64,000 nucleotides of DNA from Microbotryum violaceum (taxonomy: Eukaryota). The position numbers and the translations under genes were made by a program. Below, one piece after another: positions 26,575-39,361 of this stretch. How positions within the stretch are numbered: the first letter of the stretch is position 1; the number at the start of each line of letters is the position of its first letter. The stretch is from assembly GCA_001244265.2 (NCBI GenBank), contig LN717261.1, forward strand, positions 2,557,591-2,621,590, written 5' to 3'. The notes below the pieces were generated by a model. That model did no database searches and was not told the origin of the DNA. It saw nothing but the letters and a program-made list of their open reading frames with translations.

Positions 26575-27988
26575 ATGCCTGCTCTATCGCGTCGATCTCA
26601 CCGAATCAACTCCAACAAGTCGACCGTCATGGCTGTTGGCAGCGTGTCTTCATACACCACCTCGTCCTCGTCGTCCTCGGACAGCAGCTCGCAGCCTTGC
26701 TCGGTCCGATCACGCTACTCAGTCGAGTCGTCGAGCACCCAAGCAACGTCTGCAATGCTGCCAAGTGATCATCAACATCATACCGAGCATGTCCGAGCAT
26801 CGATGAACGCTGCGTCGACGCCGGACGCGATGCCTGCCTTCAAGGCACGAACGGTCCATCTCCCGCTTCAACTGCCTGCCAGCCCTCGGCCACTGGCCGA
26901 CGTCGACTGCACAACATTGGTCGTCGATGCCGAGCTCGCGGATGTACCCATCGGATACGTTCTCGCGCAGATGCGTGCCATGGGTCAGTGCTGCTCTTCT
27001 CTTCTGTGTCTTCCTGCCAGCACTGGACGGCGGCTCTCGAGTCTCCACTTCGGGATCTGAAACTCTGATAGTGGCCCCGGCGAACTAGTTCGCGAGTGTC
27101 GCGAGGCTCATGTTGATGACGCTACTGCGGATCGCCACTTCCTGGGATCTGAGGCCCCGCTATCGAGTTGGAATAACCCAAGCTGACCCTCTTCCTTCCT
27201 ACCTACCTTGCTGTGTCGGCTGTACCCTCTCACCGGAAATTCCTTCTCATTCGCCTCGAATAGGTGCCCTCCTCCTCAATGCTGCGACCCATGTCTCGAT
27301 CGAGATCCCGAACGCGCTTCAACTGCCAGCCTACCTTTGGGCGACCAGTGATAGTCATCGGATCGCATCCGAGCTCGCACATTCCTCGTCGCGAACGCCG
27401 ACTTGCCTGCCCCCTCCGCCGACCCACATCCTCGCGGTTCGTGCTCCCGACGTCGAGCGCGTCCTCCTCGTACCTGTGCATGGCCTCCTCTTCGCCTCGC
27501 GATCCTCGTCCTTGTCGATCCTGTCGTCTGCGCCACAATTCCAACCTGGCTTCCCCGACCACCCCGCCTTGCCCTCGTCTCTAACCCCCACAAGTGCCGA
27601 TGACAATCCCGATCGAATCGCCCTGCCTGTCGTCGAGCTCAAGCTCCCGTCCGCGATTGCCTTCCCTCTGCTCCTGACCTTCATCTATACGCAAAACAAC
27701 AGCCTGCTCCTCTCCTCACTACTTCCGAAACCAATGGGCGCCGCATCCGAGGCCTTCTCATCCCCCACTACGGCTACCGAGCTCGCCGAGGCTCTCCGTT
27801 CGTGTCCCGAAAAGTTGCTTTTGCACCGAGTTTCACTCGTTCATGCGCTGTGGCAGGACGCCGTCGCGCTCAGCATCAACGATAAACTTCTCTGGGCGAC
27901 GATGAGATTCGCATGGGCCGTTTTGGTAGGAGCGATGGCATGCCAACGAAGGGATGAGGCACTCGAACGAATGGATCGCCAGGTTTAG
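26575..27988 (+). CDS. clp1: Clampless1 (Clp1)-like basidiomycete developmental regulator
   Basis: Exons 26575-26983 and 27264-27988; PPTHILAV...LVPVHGLLFA...LPVVELKLPSAIAFPLLLTFIYT...LLSSLLP...VHALWQDAVALSINDKLLWATMRFAWAVLVGAM fits the Clp1 family pattern as I recall it. Confidence 0.75.
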
Positions 27989-28889
27989 GAAGGGAACGGA
28001 AGAGTCGTTTGAGATGGGAACGTGGTATTCGATTCCAGGAATAGTCTGTTGCTTCTCTTTTTCCCTCCGTCCTTAAGTAATGTTGTGGACTTAGTTCTCT
28101 AGTGTATGTTCTCCAACTTTTGCGGACTTAATTCTTTGTGTACGTCCTTCAACTTGTTTGATTGTAACATGTCAGCATGGTCACTCGGGGACTTTTTCTA
28201 TTCGATCGAACGGGACGGGAGGAAGTTGCGAGAGAGGAGTAGACTCGACGGTGCAACTAGTGTGTTGCAGTGTGTGACACACCTCGATTGACACTCGATC
28301 TTACCAACCCCCTTCCAACCCGCTCGAGATACAGATAATCCGGACGAAAGGGAATTGGAATGTAATAACTCGATGGAAGCGCCCGGCACCCGTGGGGTGA
28401 GGAGCGCCGTGCGCGAGCCAATTCCCATCTGAGTGGTATTTCCTCTTTTCTCTAAATACCACGAGATAAACTAGACGAGATCAGAGACGGCCCCTGAAAC
28501 GGCCCGAAGGCCCCGCCAGCGTCTGGCCTCACACCTGGCTGTATGCGTTCACACGACATCCTCCGATTCCGACTTTGGCAAATTGGGATCAGCGGAGGAG
28601 CTATAGGGGTTTACCAACCGGATAACAGGGGAGCACAAGAAAGTTTAGTCTCATGCTTTGGACGGCGTTCACGAGGTTTTGATCCCTGCATTCCGCCGCT
28701 GCGGTCGATTTGACTAAATGCATGCGCAGGTCTCGTAGCTCGGAGTGCCCTATCCGCACGGCTCAGCACGGCTCTGCAGCCGGACCGAGCGTGACGGCGA
28801 TGCAAGCTATTTTTAGGTTCCTTGGCCTCGCTATCCAATTAGCAAAGGGTCCGTTGAAAGACTGACTCACCTCTACTTCCTCGAATCGC

Positions 28890-30111
28890 ATGCATCGTGG
28901 CTTGACAAATATCTACCGTACCATGTCGTCAACCTCCGCCGCCTCGTTCAGCTCGTTCAGCTCGAGCAGCTTCAGCACCGTTCGGTCGCCCGTGCTTAAT
29001 CATCTTCTAGCTGCTGTCGAGCGATTGACGCCTCTACAACTCGCGGGATCATGGGACAATGTCGGCGTTATGATCGAGGCACCTTATCCTCGTCAGGAAA
29101 TCAAGGGAAAGAAGCAAGTGTTGACCTGTATCGACCGTGAGTGAACTCTGGCCGTTATCGCTCGCACATGCCTCCTGTCAGTTTCCCACGCACAGCATGC
29201 TGAGCTATCTCACCATCGTCTACAGTGACAACAGCCGTGACAGAAGAAGCTCTGGCGTCGTCATCAACCGCGGCGGTACTGACGTACCACCCGCCCATTT
29301 TCTCTGGCCTCAAATCCATGACGCTCGCCGTACCTCTCCAAGCATCCCTCCTCCGACTTTCAACACACGGGATTCCCGTCGTCTGCATCCATACCGCTTC
29401 CGATTCGTCGATCGGAGGCGTCAACGATCATATTGCCAGCGCCTTCACGTTGGATCTACGAGCGACAAGCAAGGCGATTGAGGAGAGCAAGGAACAACCT
29501 GAGGGGCACGAGGGTTGCGGTTTGGGAAGATTGGTCACGCTCGATCACGCGTTGAATAAGCACGAAGTGGTGAAGAGGATCAAGCACACATTAAATTTGG
29601 ATCACGGTGAGTGCAGAGTTGCCAGCCCGGGCCATCTCATTCCGAAGTGTATGCTTGCGAAGTGGAGGTGCAAAAGCTGATCCTGATGGAGCCCTCTTCA
29701 CACTCTGTTCGCTCACAGCGCAAGCGGCATGGGCACCGAATGGAGCTGAAAAGATCAAGACGATCGCCATCTGCGCCGGTAGCGGTGAGTTCGGACCTTC
29801 TCGATCCTGCGACTAGACTTGCTCGAGACTGATCCGCGAGCCCCATTGTCTCCTCTTCACATCCAGGCTCCTCCGTACTCTCCGGTGTCAAAGCGGACCT
29901 CTACCTCAGTGGTGAACTCGACCACCACGCCACCCTGCTCTGCAACGCCAAGGGCATCCATGTCATCTTGACGAACCACTCGGCGTCTGAACGACCGTGG
30001 CTCAAGCCTTTTGCCCCTCGGTTGGCCAAGGCGATGAATGAGGAGGCTGGAGGGGACGCATATGAGGTGCTCATTAGTATGGCTGATATAGAGCCGCTGA
30101 GGGTTGTGTGA
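28890..30111 (+). CDS. NIF3: NIF3 / GTP cyclohydrolase 1 type 2 homolog
   Basis: PLQLAGSWDNVGVMIE, LTCID, YHPPIF, IHTASDS..GGVND, GLGRLV, IAICAGSG, GELDHH and NHSASERPWL; second in-frame ATG at 28923. Confidence 0.94.
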
Positions 30112-30856
30112 GATGAAGCCGTGCAATGCAAGTCACAAGTCTTTTAACCGAAGCCATCTTAATCGAAATCCATCGGGTGTTTTTCTTTTTGACATCGCGA
30201 GCTTGCCCCATCCGAATGAGACTAAATAGAATACGCGTAGGCCCTGAAAGTTCGGTTCTCAGCGGGTTGAATAGTTTGATGTGATCAGACGGCTACACCG
30301 CACATAATCTTGCGCGTGATACGCGTTCACGAATCGACTCCCTCTGGCCGGGCTCGAGAGCGAGACACGAGCGGCGCCCCACACGTGGTGGCGCGTGTCA
30401 CTTTTGGCGCGTGCAAGTCGGCGGCGGGTTTTCGAGGTGGCCCACGCTCACGCCTACTCTCCTCTCCACCACATCGCACCCACCAAGCTCAACCACTCCA
30501 ACGCACACAAACACCACTCAACTACTACCATACCATGCCCAACCAACCCAACCAGTTCGTTTCCGGTCATCACGTCGTCTAGACCAAGGGGGATGGTTCG
30601 TACGTCGTCAAGGACTACAACAACGTAGGTGGCCCATCTCCGCCCGCTCCACGTCTCGTACTCGTCATACCCGTGGCATAGGCCCGGGTTCTAACTTCTA
30701 GCCAGCAGTGCTGGAAGCCATCTATGATCAGGTGAGCTGACCGATGATGCAGGTTTCGTCCTGACAGGTCCAACAAGGCTACAATGGCTTGTACAATAAC
30801 CCTCAACACGGATCTGAAGGACGTGAGTCGTTTCCCACGTTGCGTGCCTGGGATCC

Positions 30857-33800
30857 AATTTAAAGTTTAAAATCATAATTTCCAGCTAGTCTTGTTCAAA
30901 GACAGAATCTATCAAACGCTAGATCCGCTGGACCACCATAGCATGTCATATCATACACCCATATTGTATATGGGCCATTGCCTCGCTGGGATTAGAACTG
31001 ATGCCCCCATTTCTCAGGGTTTACACCAGTTTTCCCTCCTCCCCCTTGGCTCCCGGCTCCTGAGGGTAGATGGGGCAAGCTTGCCACCCTCGCCTCCATC
31101 AGTGAGGTATACTACTCCATATTCTGTTGGAATGTCCACCACTTCCGCATGCGGCCGCCCCAAATTCTCCCAGTCCCTTTGATCAGCTCATGATGCCATG
31201 CCCGGTCCAGCCGCGTCCGCGATCGCTCGTCTAGAGTCCAGTAGATATCCGGTTTGGGTATCGTTGGCGTCGCAAACCACCACAAATGTGCCCTCACCAG
31301 TTTGGCAGCAAAGGTACATAGCTCCTGTATCTGCAGGTCAGTCCATCCTTGTTGCCGTGCCTCGAGTTCGCTTCGCGTAGCCCGATACAGTTCCTGACCA
31401 ACTTTGTCGCGAAGTTCTTGTCCCGATGGGCACTCTCCAAACGCGTGTTTCTCTGTTTCTTCCTCTGCTCCACATATCACACACTCCGGTGAGGTCCCCC
31501 GTCTCTCTGAACATCGCGAAGCAGTGGGCAGAACATGTGCCCGCATTTGGAGCTGTGTCTGTGCGGCATACGTTGACACTGCGCGAAGATATGGGTACTG
31601 CCCCGCTGAATGTCCGACATTCAATAGGAGTCGAACACTGTCGCCTGTCTTCTTCGGCAACGACTTCAGCTGCCAGTCTTCTTGAAGGTCGTAAATCTTC
31701 TTGCTGATATCGCCTTCCAGCCATTCGATGTTGTTGGCGGTCATTCTAGCGATCGTCCACTGCGGGAGAGCGAAGTCGGGGAAAGGCACAATGAGGTCAG
31801 GCTGTGAACGTCCCTTCTTAGCCGCTTCATCCGCCCTTTCATTTGCACGCGATGCGTCGTCTGTTCGTCCCGTATGAGCTTTCACATGTTGGATTTCGAT
31901 CGTGTGGTTCGTTGCGAGTAAACGTTCGAGCCATGTGTAGTGTGCAAACGCAACCCTCGGTTTCTTCGGTGCAACATCGCCCTGTCTGATCTTCTCGGCA
32001 AATCTGACCGATGTCAGATGATCTGCGAGAACCGGAATTGGTGTAGTAGCCCCGAAATTATGTGATTGTATAGTCAGTGCTGCCATAATCAGGGCTGTCA
32101 CTTCCGCTTGCATAATTGACGCGCCCGCGAACAAAGCTGCCCGGGCTTCCCAATTCGGTCCTACAACTGCTGCGGCCGCGGAAGCGAATCCCGTGGGCAG
32201 GACAATAAGTGAGCCATCTGTCGCCCAAATGTCTTGGGCCTGCGCTTGTCTCATTTTAAGTATGGGAAGAACTACACCCCGAAGCTGATCTTCGACTTCA
32301 GTTTTCCGCTCGGCTCTGCTTCGCAGGAGTTGGACTGGTCCCTCGGCCAAAGTCAGTTCGTCAAAGCGATCCGACCACTGCCGCACCAATCTGGTATTGG
32401 GGTCTAGTCACTCGGTGAAAAGGTCCGGTAGATCTTTCCGCGGTCCTTTCTTGAGCTCCCGTATATCTGTAAGCCGAGCTGGAAGCGCCGCCACTGCCCG
32501 CCGTAACTGTGGTTCGTTCCGCCGAGCCCCTCCTGTCTGAAGGTATGCATGCTCCGCACTGACCATCGAGGTAAGACGGCTTGATTGGTCGGTCTCCAGC
32601 ACTTGCAGCTTCCCGCATTGTTGTAAAGCACGAAGAGCCGTGTTCCACGTCTGGGGGACCTTTCGTTGCGAGTGCAGAAAGGACAGGGGCTTGGGGTCAA
32701 TGAAAGGAGAAATGCAGCCATGGTGTCGGCATTGGAGATCGGCCAGCGTGATCTTGGCCATCGTTGCAAACGCCGGAATGTGATGATTGAGGTCCCGTAA
32801 TAATCCGTCAACCGCCAGTGCCCCGTTTAGTCGCCATAGGCTGGTAAGCTCAAATCCAAACTTGGCGACCGGCAAGGTAACCAGCTTTGCCGTTGGTGTG
32901 AAGACCCATCCATAATACTCCTTTATCCGCTGTGCGACTATTTGATCAAGTCTGAGCGCATCCTCCGGTTGAATTGGGCACAATGCTAGCCTTGGCCTCA
33001 ACCTGCTAATTACTTGCTGTTCTATAAACCGTCGCAGTGCTGAGAGTGGAAGCCTCCTAGTCGATGTGCTAGGAAACCCGAACGAGCGCACAATACTCTC
33101 CAGCTGAGTGTATTGTCGATCTGGTGCTGCAAACGGCGTTTTGAGGAAGACATTTGCCAGGTCGACCGCAACCTGTCGTTCTCCGTGAGGAGTGTTGACC
33201 GTCACCCTTTCTATTGGCGCAACCAGTGAGTCAGTTTCTCCCAAAATAATAGCTCGAGTTTTCGTACCCCAGTCCGTTTGGGCTCCATACGCCTCTTGGA
33301 ATAGCTCCATGTAGAGCGTCATGGTAGCTAGCGTAGCTTCACTCTTCGCTAGCAGAATTGTGTCGTACATTGCGGCTACCTGTGTGACTTTGAGGGTAAG
33401 CTCGTCGGCCTTTGTGTGCGCGCGCCGCCGTGCTCCATTCTGCGTTGTGATGAGAAGAGGTTCATCGAAGACTTGCTCATCCAACCAGTAGGAGCCCATG
33501 GCCATCGCAAGTGAAAACGTGAACGGGTTTGGTGGGTCGCCTTGTTTCATTTGTCCGTCCACTTCAAAGGGGTCGGTCAGGCCGTATGGTGTCTTTATCA
33601 TGAACGAGCCGTGTGCTAACCGCGCTCGATCAAAAGCTTCCGCGTTGGGTCCAAAGCCGAAGAATTCGTAAGCGTCGTATCCGGCTTCGGCTCGCAGCAG
33701 ATCAAAACCCTTCTTTTGATCTCGAATAAGGCCGTAAATAGGGGTCTTTGCTCGAACAGCCCATGCTTCGAGTTGCGCAAGGAAGCTCGTGAGATCCCGC

Positions 33801-36800
33801 TGCTGGACGCCGCTCTGTACCGCGACCTGTGTCTCTGGTATCATGTGATGTTACATTGCATAAGCCTGTGATTGACGTGTGAACCATGCAGCCGCCGTAA
33901 CCGCAAGGAAATCTCCGAAACAAACCGCCCTGTAGTTACTCAATTGGGTGGAGAGACCCCGTTTTTGAACATCGGAAGGAGATAGTGGTCACGCAGCTTA
34001 TCAAAGTAGTTATTCACCAACACATAGTTCAAAAGGGCCAGGAACACGGATATAGCTCGGTCTCCCAGAATTGCCACGGTCCATTTCTCTCATCGATCCG
34101 GTCCGGGGGATGGCTCCCGATTTCCTCTACTGAGCAGCGTTCGGAGGTCACCGAGTGTCAAGGGCTTAGGCCACTCAAATTGGTCCTGCTGTGTTGCATT
34201 ACGGAAGTGTCGGGATCCTTCTGAGTTCATCCACGGCTTAGCCGTCACTGGTTGTTTGTCGGCCTTTTTGAATAAAGTGCTGAAATATTGCCTGAAGGTG
34301 GTACGTACTTCTGTTGGATCCGCGGTAGTATTTCCCCCCGCAGTTTCAACCGCTCGTGGCTGAACCAGTGTTGTCCGCGGCATGAGGATCCTCTTTATAG
34401 ATCCCCCATTAATGACCCTTTGGATTCGGAGATTGTCAGTCCGTTGTGTCATCTCTTTGCGTTCCCGCTTCTCCTGAGCATGTATTCTTTTGCAGAGTTG
34501 TCGACGCCAGCTCATCGCTGTCTCCAGGACTGCGCCTTCGGGCAGATACCAACCAGTGTGTCCTCTATCTTGTAGACGTTGTAGTGTTGCATTTTCTAAA
34601 GCCTCATGCATTTCGTTGAACCATCTCTGTACGTCCTGCTTGTGTTTAAGGATGTGGATAGAATTGGTATTGAGGGCATATATGTACCGGTTCATATGAT
34701 AACGGTCCTGAATCATTTGTCGCACTTCGGGGGATCCGACGAATTGGCGTTTGTTCATTGTTGGGCCCCGCCTCTCACCGAACACCTTCAGAGAAGTATC
34801 GACCAGTAGCAGAGAGAACTCTTTATAGGCAGTGTCCCAAACTTCCTGTGAAGTTACAGCCGCGTCTTCCGATATTTCTTTAAACACTGTACATTGGCAA
34901 CGCCGTCTTCCATGTCTTTCGTGAATCTTGGCCGAGTGTCGCTACCCCTCGGCGGAACTTTTATTCTTCTCGGTCCATCGTCGCCTACTTCGTCACTTAC
35001 GACGCAGAGCCCTGGAAACCATAACCTGCATCTAATTGGCCTGTGGTCAGTGGCCACAATTGGGCGTAAAGCCTCGATGTCCGCATTCCCTGTCGTTACG
35101 GAAGTCGCAAGCCGGTCTATGACGCTCGTGGTTTACGCGTTCCCGTAGAGCTTGTGTGTCCGACTTTCGGCGAGCGCCAGTGATTCCAACTCGTTCCACA
35201 CATCGTGGCCATCAGTTTGACGTAGGAAGCGGCAGTATTCGAGCGCAGTTGGTCGGAGTCGCGGAAGATTAGTCGCGGCTGTTTCCCGAGCGTCAAGTAC
35301 TGCATTGAAATCACCTACTACCGCCCAATTTGGTGGGCCGGTTCGTATGAGGTCTTGCATAGCGGTCCAGAAACCCGTGATGGCGTTGTCATCATTTTCT
35401 GTGTTGCGCGCATAACCTCCGTGTGGGCAGTAGGCGGACACGATACGAATTGGGACCATATCTGTGCCTTCCCTTGTTCGTACGAGTATGTCAGCGGCGG
35501 CGACTCGTCCTACCAGTGGTCCTTCAGTGATTATGAAGGACTTTAGTATCGGCAGGTTATTGCGGACCAGAAGGAGGGTTCCCCATTTCATTCCCGAACC
35601 AGCCCGGACGGAGGGTGTAAGGATCGGCTGGAAATCGGCTAAGTCAACCGGTAGCCGTGTGTCCGTTCGGAACTTGAGCTCATTTAGACTGACGACATGG
35701 TATTCTGAGTTGATTAAGGTCTGTTGCACTTGTTGGAGCTTCACGGGGTCTGCAAGTCCGTTCACGTTGAGGCTTGCGATAGAGATCGGAGTTGCTGCGT
35801 TAACACGATTTTTATCCAACACAAGGATGAGAAGGAGGATGATACTTCTTGTCGGGGCTGATATACTGTGAAAATTGATTGTTATTGCAAGAAGGAAATA
35901 TGTGCTGAGTGTATGGAGAAGATGAATGTGATTTTGTTTTCGGGGTTCGATGTCTTCGTTTATGGGTCCTGCGGCCATAAGCAGCACCTCATCAGACAGA
36001 GTTCGAGAAGAGAATAGGGATTTTGTTTGGGTACTGACAATAGACATTCCTTCCTCGACACGACGTTCTGTCCCCATGACACTTGAAACAAGACTCCCTT
36101 CCCCATCGGCGCCACGTGCGTGGTGAGTGAGACGTCCACGCTTACTGGGCGAGCCTCCAGGTTCATCGCGTTCTCTCGTCGGCGAGTTGTTCGTGGTGTT
36201 AGCTTCGGTTGGTGTCGAAGCATTGTTGGCCAGTCGTTGTTGATGAAAAATGGGGTTGGCGTTCTGAATGGCTAGGTTGGTTTGTTGTAGGGTTTGCTGA
36301 TACATAAGCTGCGCCTCCTTGACTGCCTGTTTCGCCACTTCGATCTCTTCTTTGATGTCGTAGTACTCCTGACTATTCTTGGGGTGGGAAAAAAGTTGCA
36401 TCCTGAGGTCACTGAGAACTTGGTTGGCCGAAAAGACCCCGAATTGTGCTTGTGACGTCATTTGCACGCCCGCCATTCCCGCGTAAAGTGATTGATTGTT
36501 CATCTGGAGCATGTGCAGCGCTTCCTGACATTCTTGGTGGCGTTGTTCAGCTCTGCGCCTGTCTTCGGAATAGATTGTTGCTATGGTGTGTATAGAGTCT
36601 TGGATGAGGTCGATGCGATTCTCAATCTGTCGTGAAGTTTCGGCGGCCAGTCCTTGCGAGTCGGATGTTACTCTATTGAAGCGGGCTGAGATGGCGTCTG
36701 CACGTTCGCTGTCGAGGCAGACCCTGATCGCTACGCGTTGGTCTCCATCGTGCCAGCAAGTCGCGTGTCGATCAAAAGCGGGCAGTGTGGGAACCATTTG

Positions 36801-39360
36801 GACCAACTACGACGCGAATGCGGACGTGGAGATCGAAAATCGGAAGACCGCTTTTTGATGTTGGCCCGTTCCCGTCGCGGGCTCGTAATCGGTAGTGACA
36901 ATGGCGCCCTGCGGTCGTGTAATGGGTTCCTGGGGGTAATCTTGTTCGTGTCGCTTCTCTGCTTCGGCAAGGCATTTCATTGTGTAGGTCGCGACACTTT
37001 GGGGGTCGCTGTTGGATTTTGCCCATAAGACCACGATCGCGTACGGCTCTTGCATCCCCGTTTAAAGACACCAGTGATAGTATGCTCGACCAGAAGCGGT
37101 TCCATCTTGTTGTTTGCTTGTGGAGCCAGGCGCGACATGGACCGAATTGGGATATTTTTATTGAGCCTTGTACTAAAAGTAGATCTGGCTTTTGACGCCG
37201 TGATCTTATCCACCATTGTGGAGCCTGCCAATCGAACTGCGACCAGGACCTTGCACTGATCATGCCGAGCGTTTGATTCAGTGGTGATGGAGATACAGGA
37301 TTCGGCCGGGACATCGAGCATGTCCTCGAAATGCTTGTCGATGTGTGCTTTCACCGCCTTGCGAAGCAGATCCTCAGGGGCTCGCTCGATGACTTCGAAA
37401 CCATCTTTGCCAGAGTGTCGTTGCGCGTCGAAAGCTAAGCGAACATATCTCACAACGTCATTTTCTTTTGTGTCCGTAAAATGAGCGAAAAGACGAGGCC
37501 ACACATTGCCATCTTCGTCCAGCAGTGGGGAATCGAACGTTGACGGGCCTGCTTTCTTCAAGAATTGAGCCATTAAGAGATGAACTTGAGGGTTGAATTG
37601 TGGCGGTACTTTTCTCCACTCACGGTAGAGATTAGCGTTGAGGAAATCATGTATTTTTGTGGTGAAACGGATGTCGTTTTCGGGCCCGACAATCTCGAAG
37701 TAGTCGGTATGGAGAGCCTTGTACCTTGATTGTGGAGGATCCGACAGGCCCGTAGGGTAGCCGATCTTGTGTGACTCGAAGAAGACTGGTTGGTCGTTGG
37801 GGCCAATCCCGGCCGTGGAGAGGAGGTCTTCCAGGGTGGCCTCAGCCGTTTGCTTCGATATGTCACCGGAAATTGCGGGAAGGTTAGAGATAATGAGCCT
37901 GTGCGGGAGTGGTTGAATGTTGCGGATCGGGGTACCGTCGTTCTCGACGAAAGGTTTTGGGACCATTGTAGGGTACGAGAAGCCGTATTGTGGAAAAGCA
38001 AGTGAGAGCAGAAGATGGAAAAGCGAGGCTCGAAGGAGGTGTAGCGTCTGCGGCCTTATTCCGGAAAAATGCGTGAATGTCGGAACCAAGTCACTTCCGC
38101 ATGATGACGTGATCGGTTGTTGGTATGGCGTGCTCGAGTTCGGGATCTGACCGGAGTAAGTTTTCTCAGGCAAGGCCGGGACATAAACACCGGGCCCAGC
38201 GCAGGGTATGGGGTTAGAAGAGACAGGGAAGTGAATTGTAACAGGTCTCAGGTTTGGGATTGGATGGGGAAATTGGCGTTCCTCAATAGATGGAAGTATC
38301 GTAGGCGTCGAGGAAGTATTGTAGGTGTCGAGTAAGTGCATGGTAGTATCAGGCAGAGTACTGGGCCAGCGAAGGTCAGCGGAAGAGTAAGTGTTCATTG
38401 AAAGCGTGCGGAGGACAGGGGCGGGTTGCAACAATTCTTTGCAATAGTTCGTCATTCTCTTATGTCGTGGATCGATAAAGGTGTTCACATTTTTACAGGC
38501 GAGTGAAAGGGGGGTCTCCTATCCTGTCCTTTTCCGGGCGCAAAAAAACAGTATCCGGTATTGGCTCCTTCTCTGGGTCGTTACGATGAGAAGTGGGTTG
38601 TAACATATCACTGTGAGGAATTCGATCGGAGTCCAAATGTAATAGAAATGAGGATTGCTGAGGTCATAGGGCTGAGTTAGTGGGTTGGTTGGGCAGTTCG
38701 GTAGTTGATTGGAAGCATTGCGTCCGTGCGATGTTCGTCGGATTAGGAGGAGCGGCTTGGAGGCTAGCGAGGTTTTGCAAAACAGGTGGTGAGGTATGGG
38801 GGGGGGGGGGGGGGGGTTCAGAGTAGTAAGATGGGTAGATATGGTGGGAAGCATAGCGTCTGTGCAGAGCTCGTCGGGTTAGGAGGAGCGGCTTGGAGGC
38901 TAGCGGGGTTATGTAATGCAGGTGGGGATGTGGGAAGAGGTATATGTGCTTGAAGAGAGGGTGAGTGAGCTCTAGGTCATAAGGTGGAGAGAGATAGCAC
39001 TCGTCATTTCTAGAGGAGGTTCTGTCTACACCATCCGTATGGGAGCCTCCATCGTCGCGTTGCCTAGATCGGCAATGGGGGTGGGAAGGCACCATGGCTT
39101 GCAACCATGTGTGAGAGAACGACCATTCGATTACTTTAGGAACGATCGAATGCTGTTGATATGAATTCCTGAGCCGGCGGGTGGCCCAAGGGGTGTCGGA
39201 GGCGGGGGCATTGTCGATGCGGACGCACAGACTGCGAGAACACGTGTGACGTGGCGCGGGATGTGCATTTGTTAAGGTTGTTGACGGAGGTGGAGGTTAA
39301 CTTAAGGTAAGGTAACGGTACGGTACGGTACGCGGTACGGTACGGTAAGGTAAGGTAAGG
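30857..39360 (-). mobile_element. Non-LTR retrotransposon (LINE): ORF1-like region, APE endonuclease, RT, RNase H and zinc finger; degenerate
   Basis: APE motifs SIASLNVNG, SLNE, GDFN, IDR, TDH (~35780-35040); RT PGPD, RDQKKGFD, QGDP, AAMYD (~34110-33350); RNase H TDGS...AEV...HVKAH...NERADEAAK; CVIC...H...C finger; several in-frame stops and frameshifts; ends approximate. Confidence 0.93.
38711..38910. repeat. Two ~64-bp direct repeats flanking a G19 tract in the LINE 5' region
   Basis: ggaagcattgcgtccgtgc...aggaggagcggcttggaggctagcgaggtt at 38711-38774 recurs at 38847-38910; poly-G at ~38798-38816. Confidence 0.85.
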
Positions 39361-39361
39361 T
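39303..39361. repeat. (GGTAA/GGTAC)n pentamer array at the LINE 5' junction
   Basis: taaggtaaggtaacggtacggtacggtacgcggtacggtacggtaaggtaaggtaagg. Confidence 0.9.

Noticed and set aside
25400-26575. Homeodomain heterodimer site GATG-N9-ACA in the clp1 promoter
   Set aside because: I checked GATG and CATC occurrences by eye and found no exact match.
35940-35995. 2A ribosome-skipping peptide before the LINE endonuclease (LLMAAGPINEDIEPRK)
   Set aside because: Lacks the required D(V/I)ExNPGP motif.
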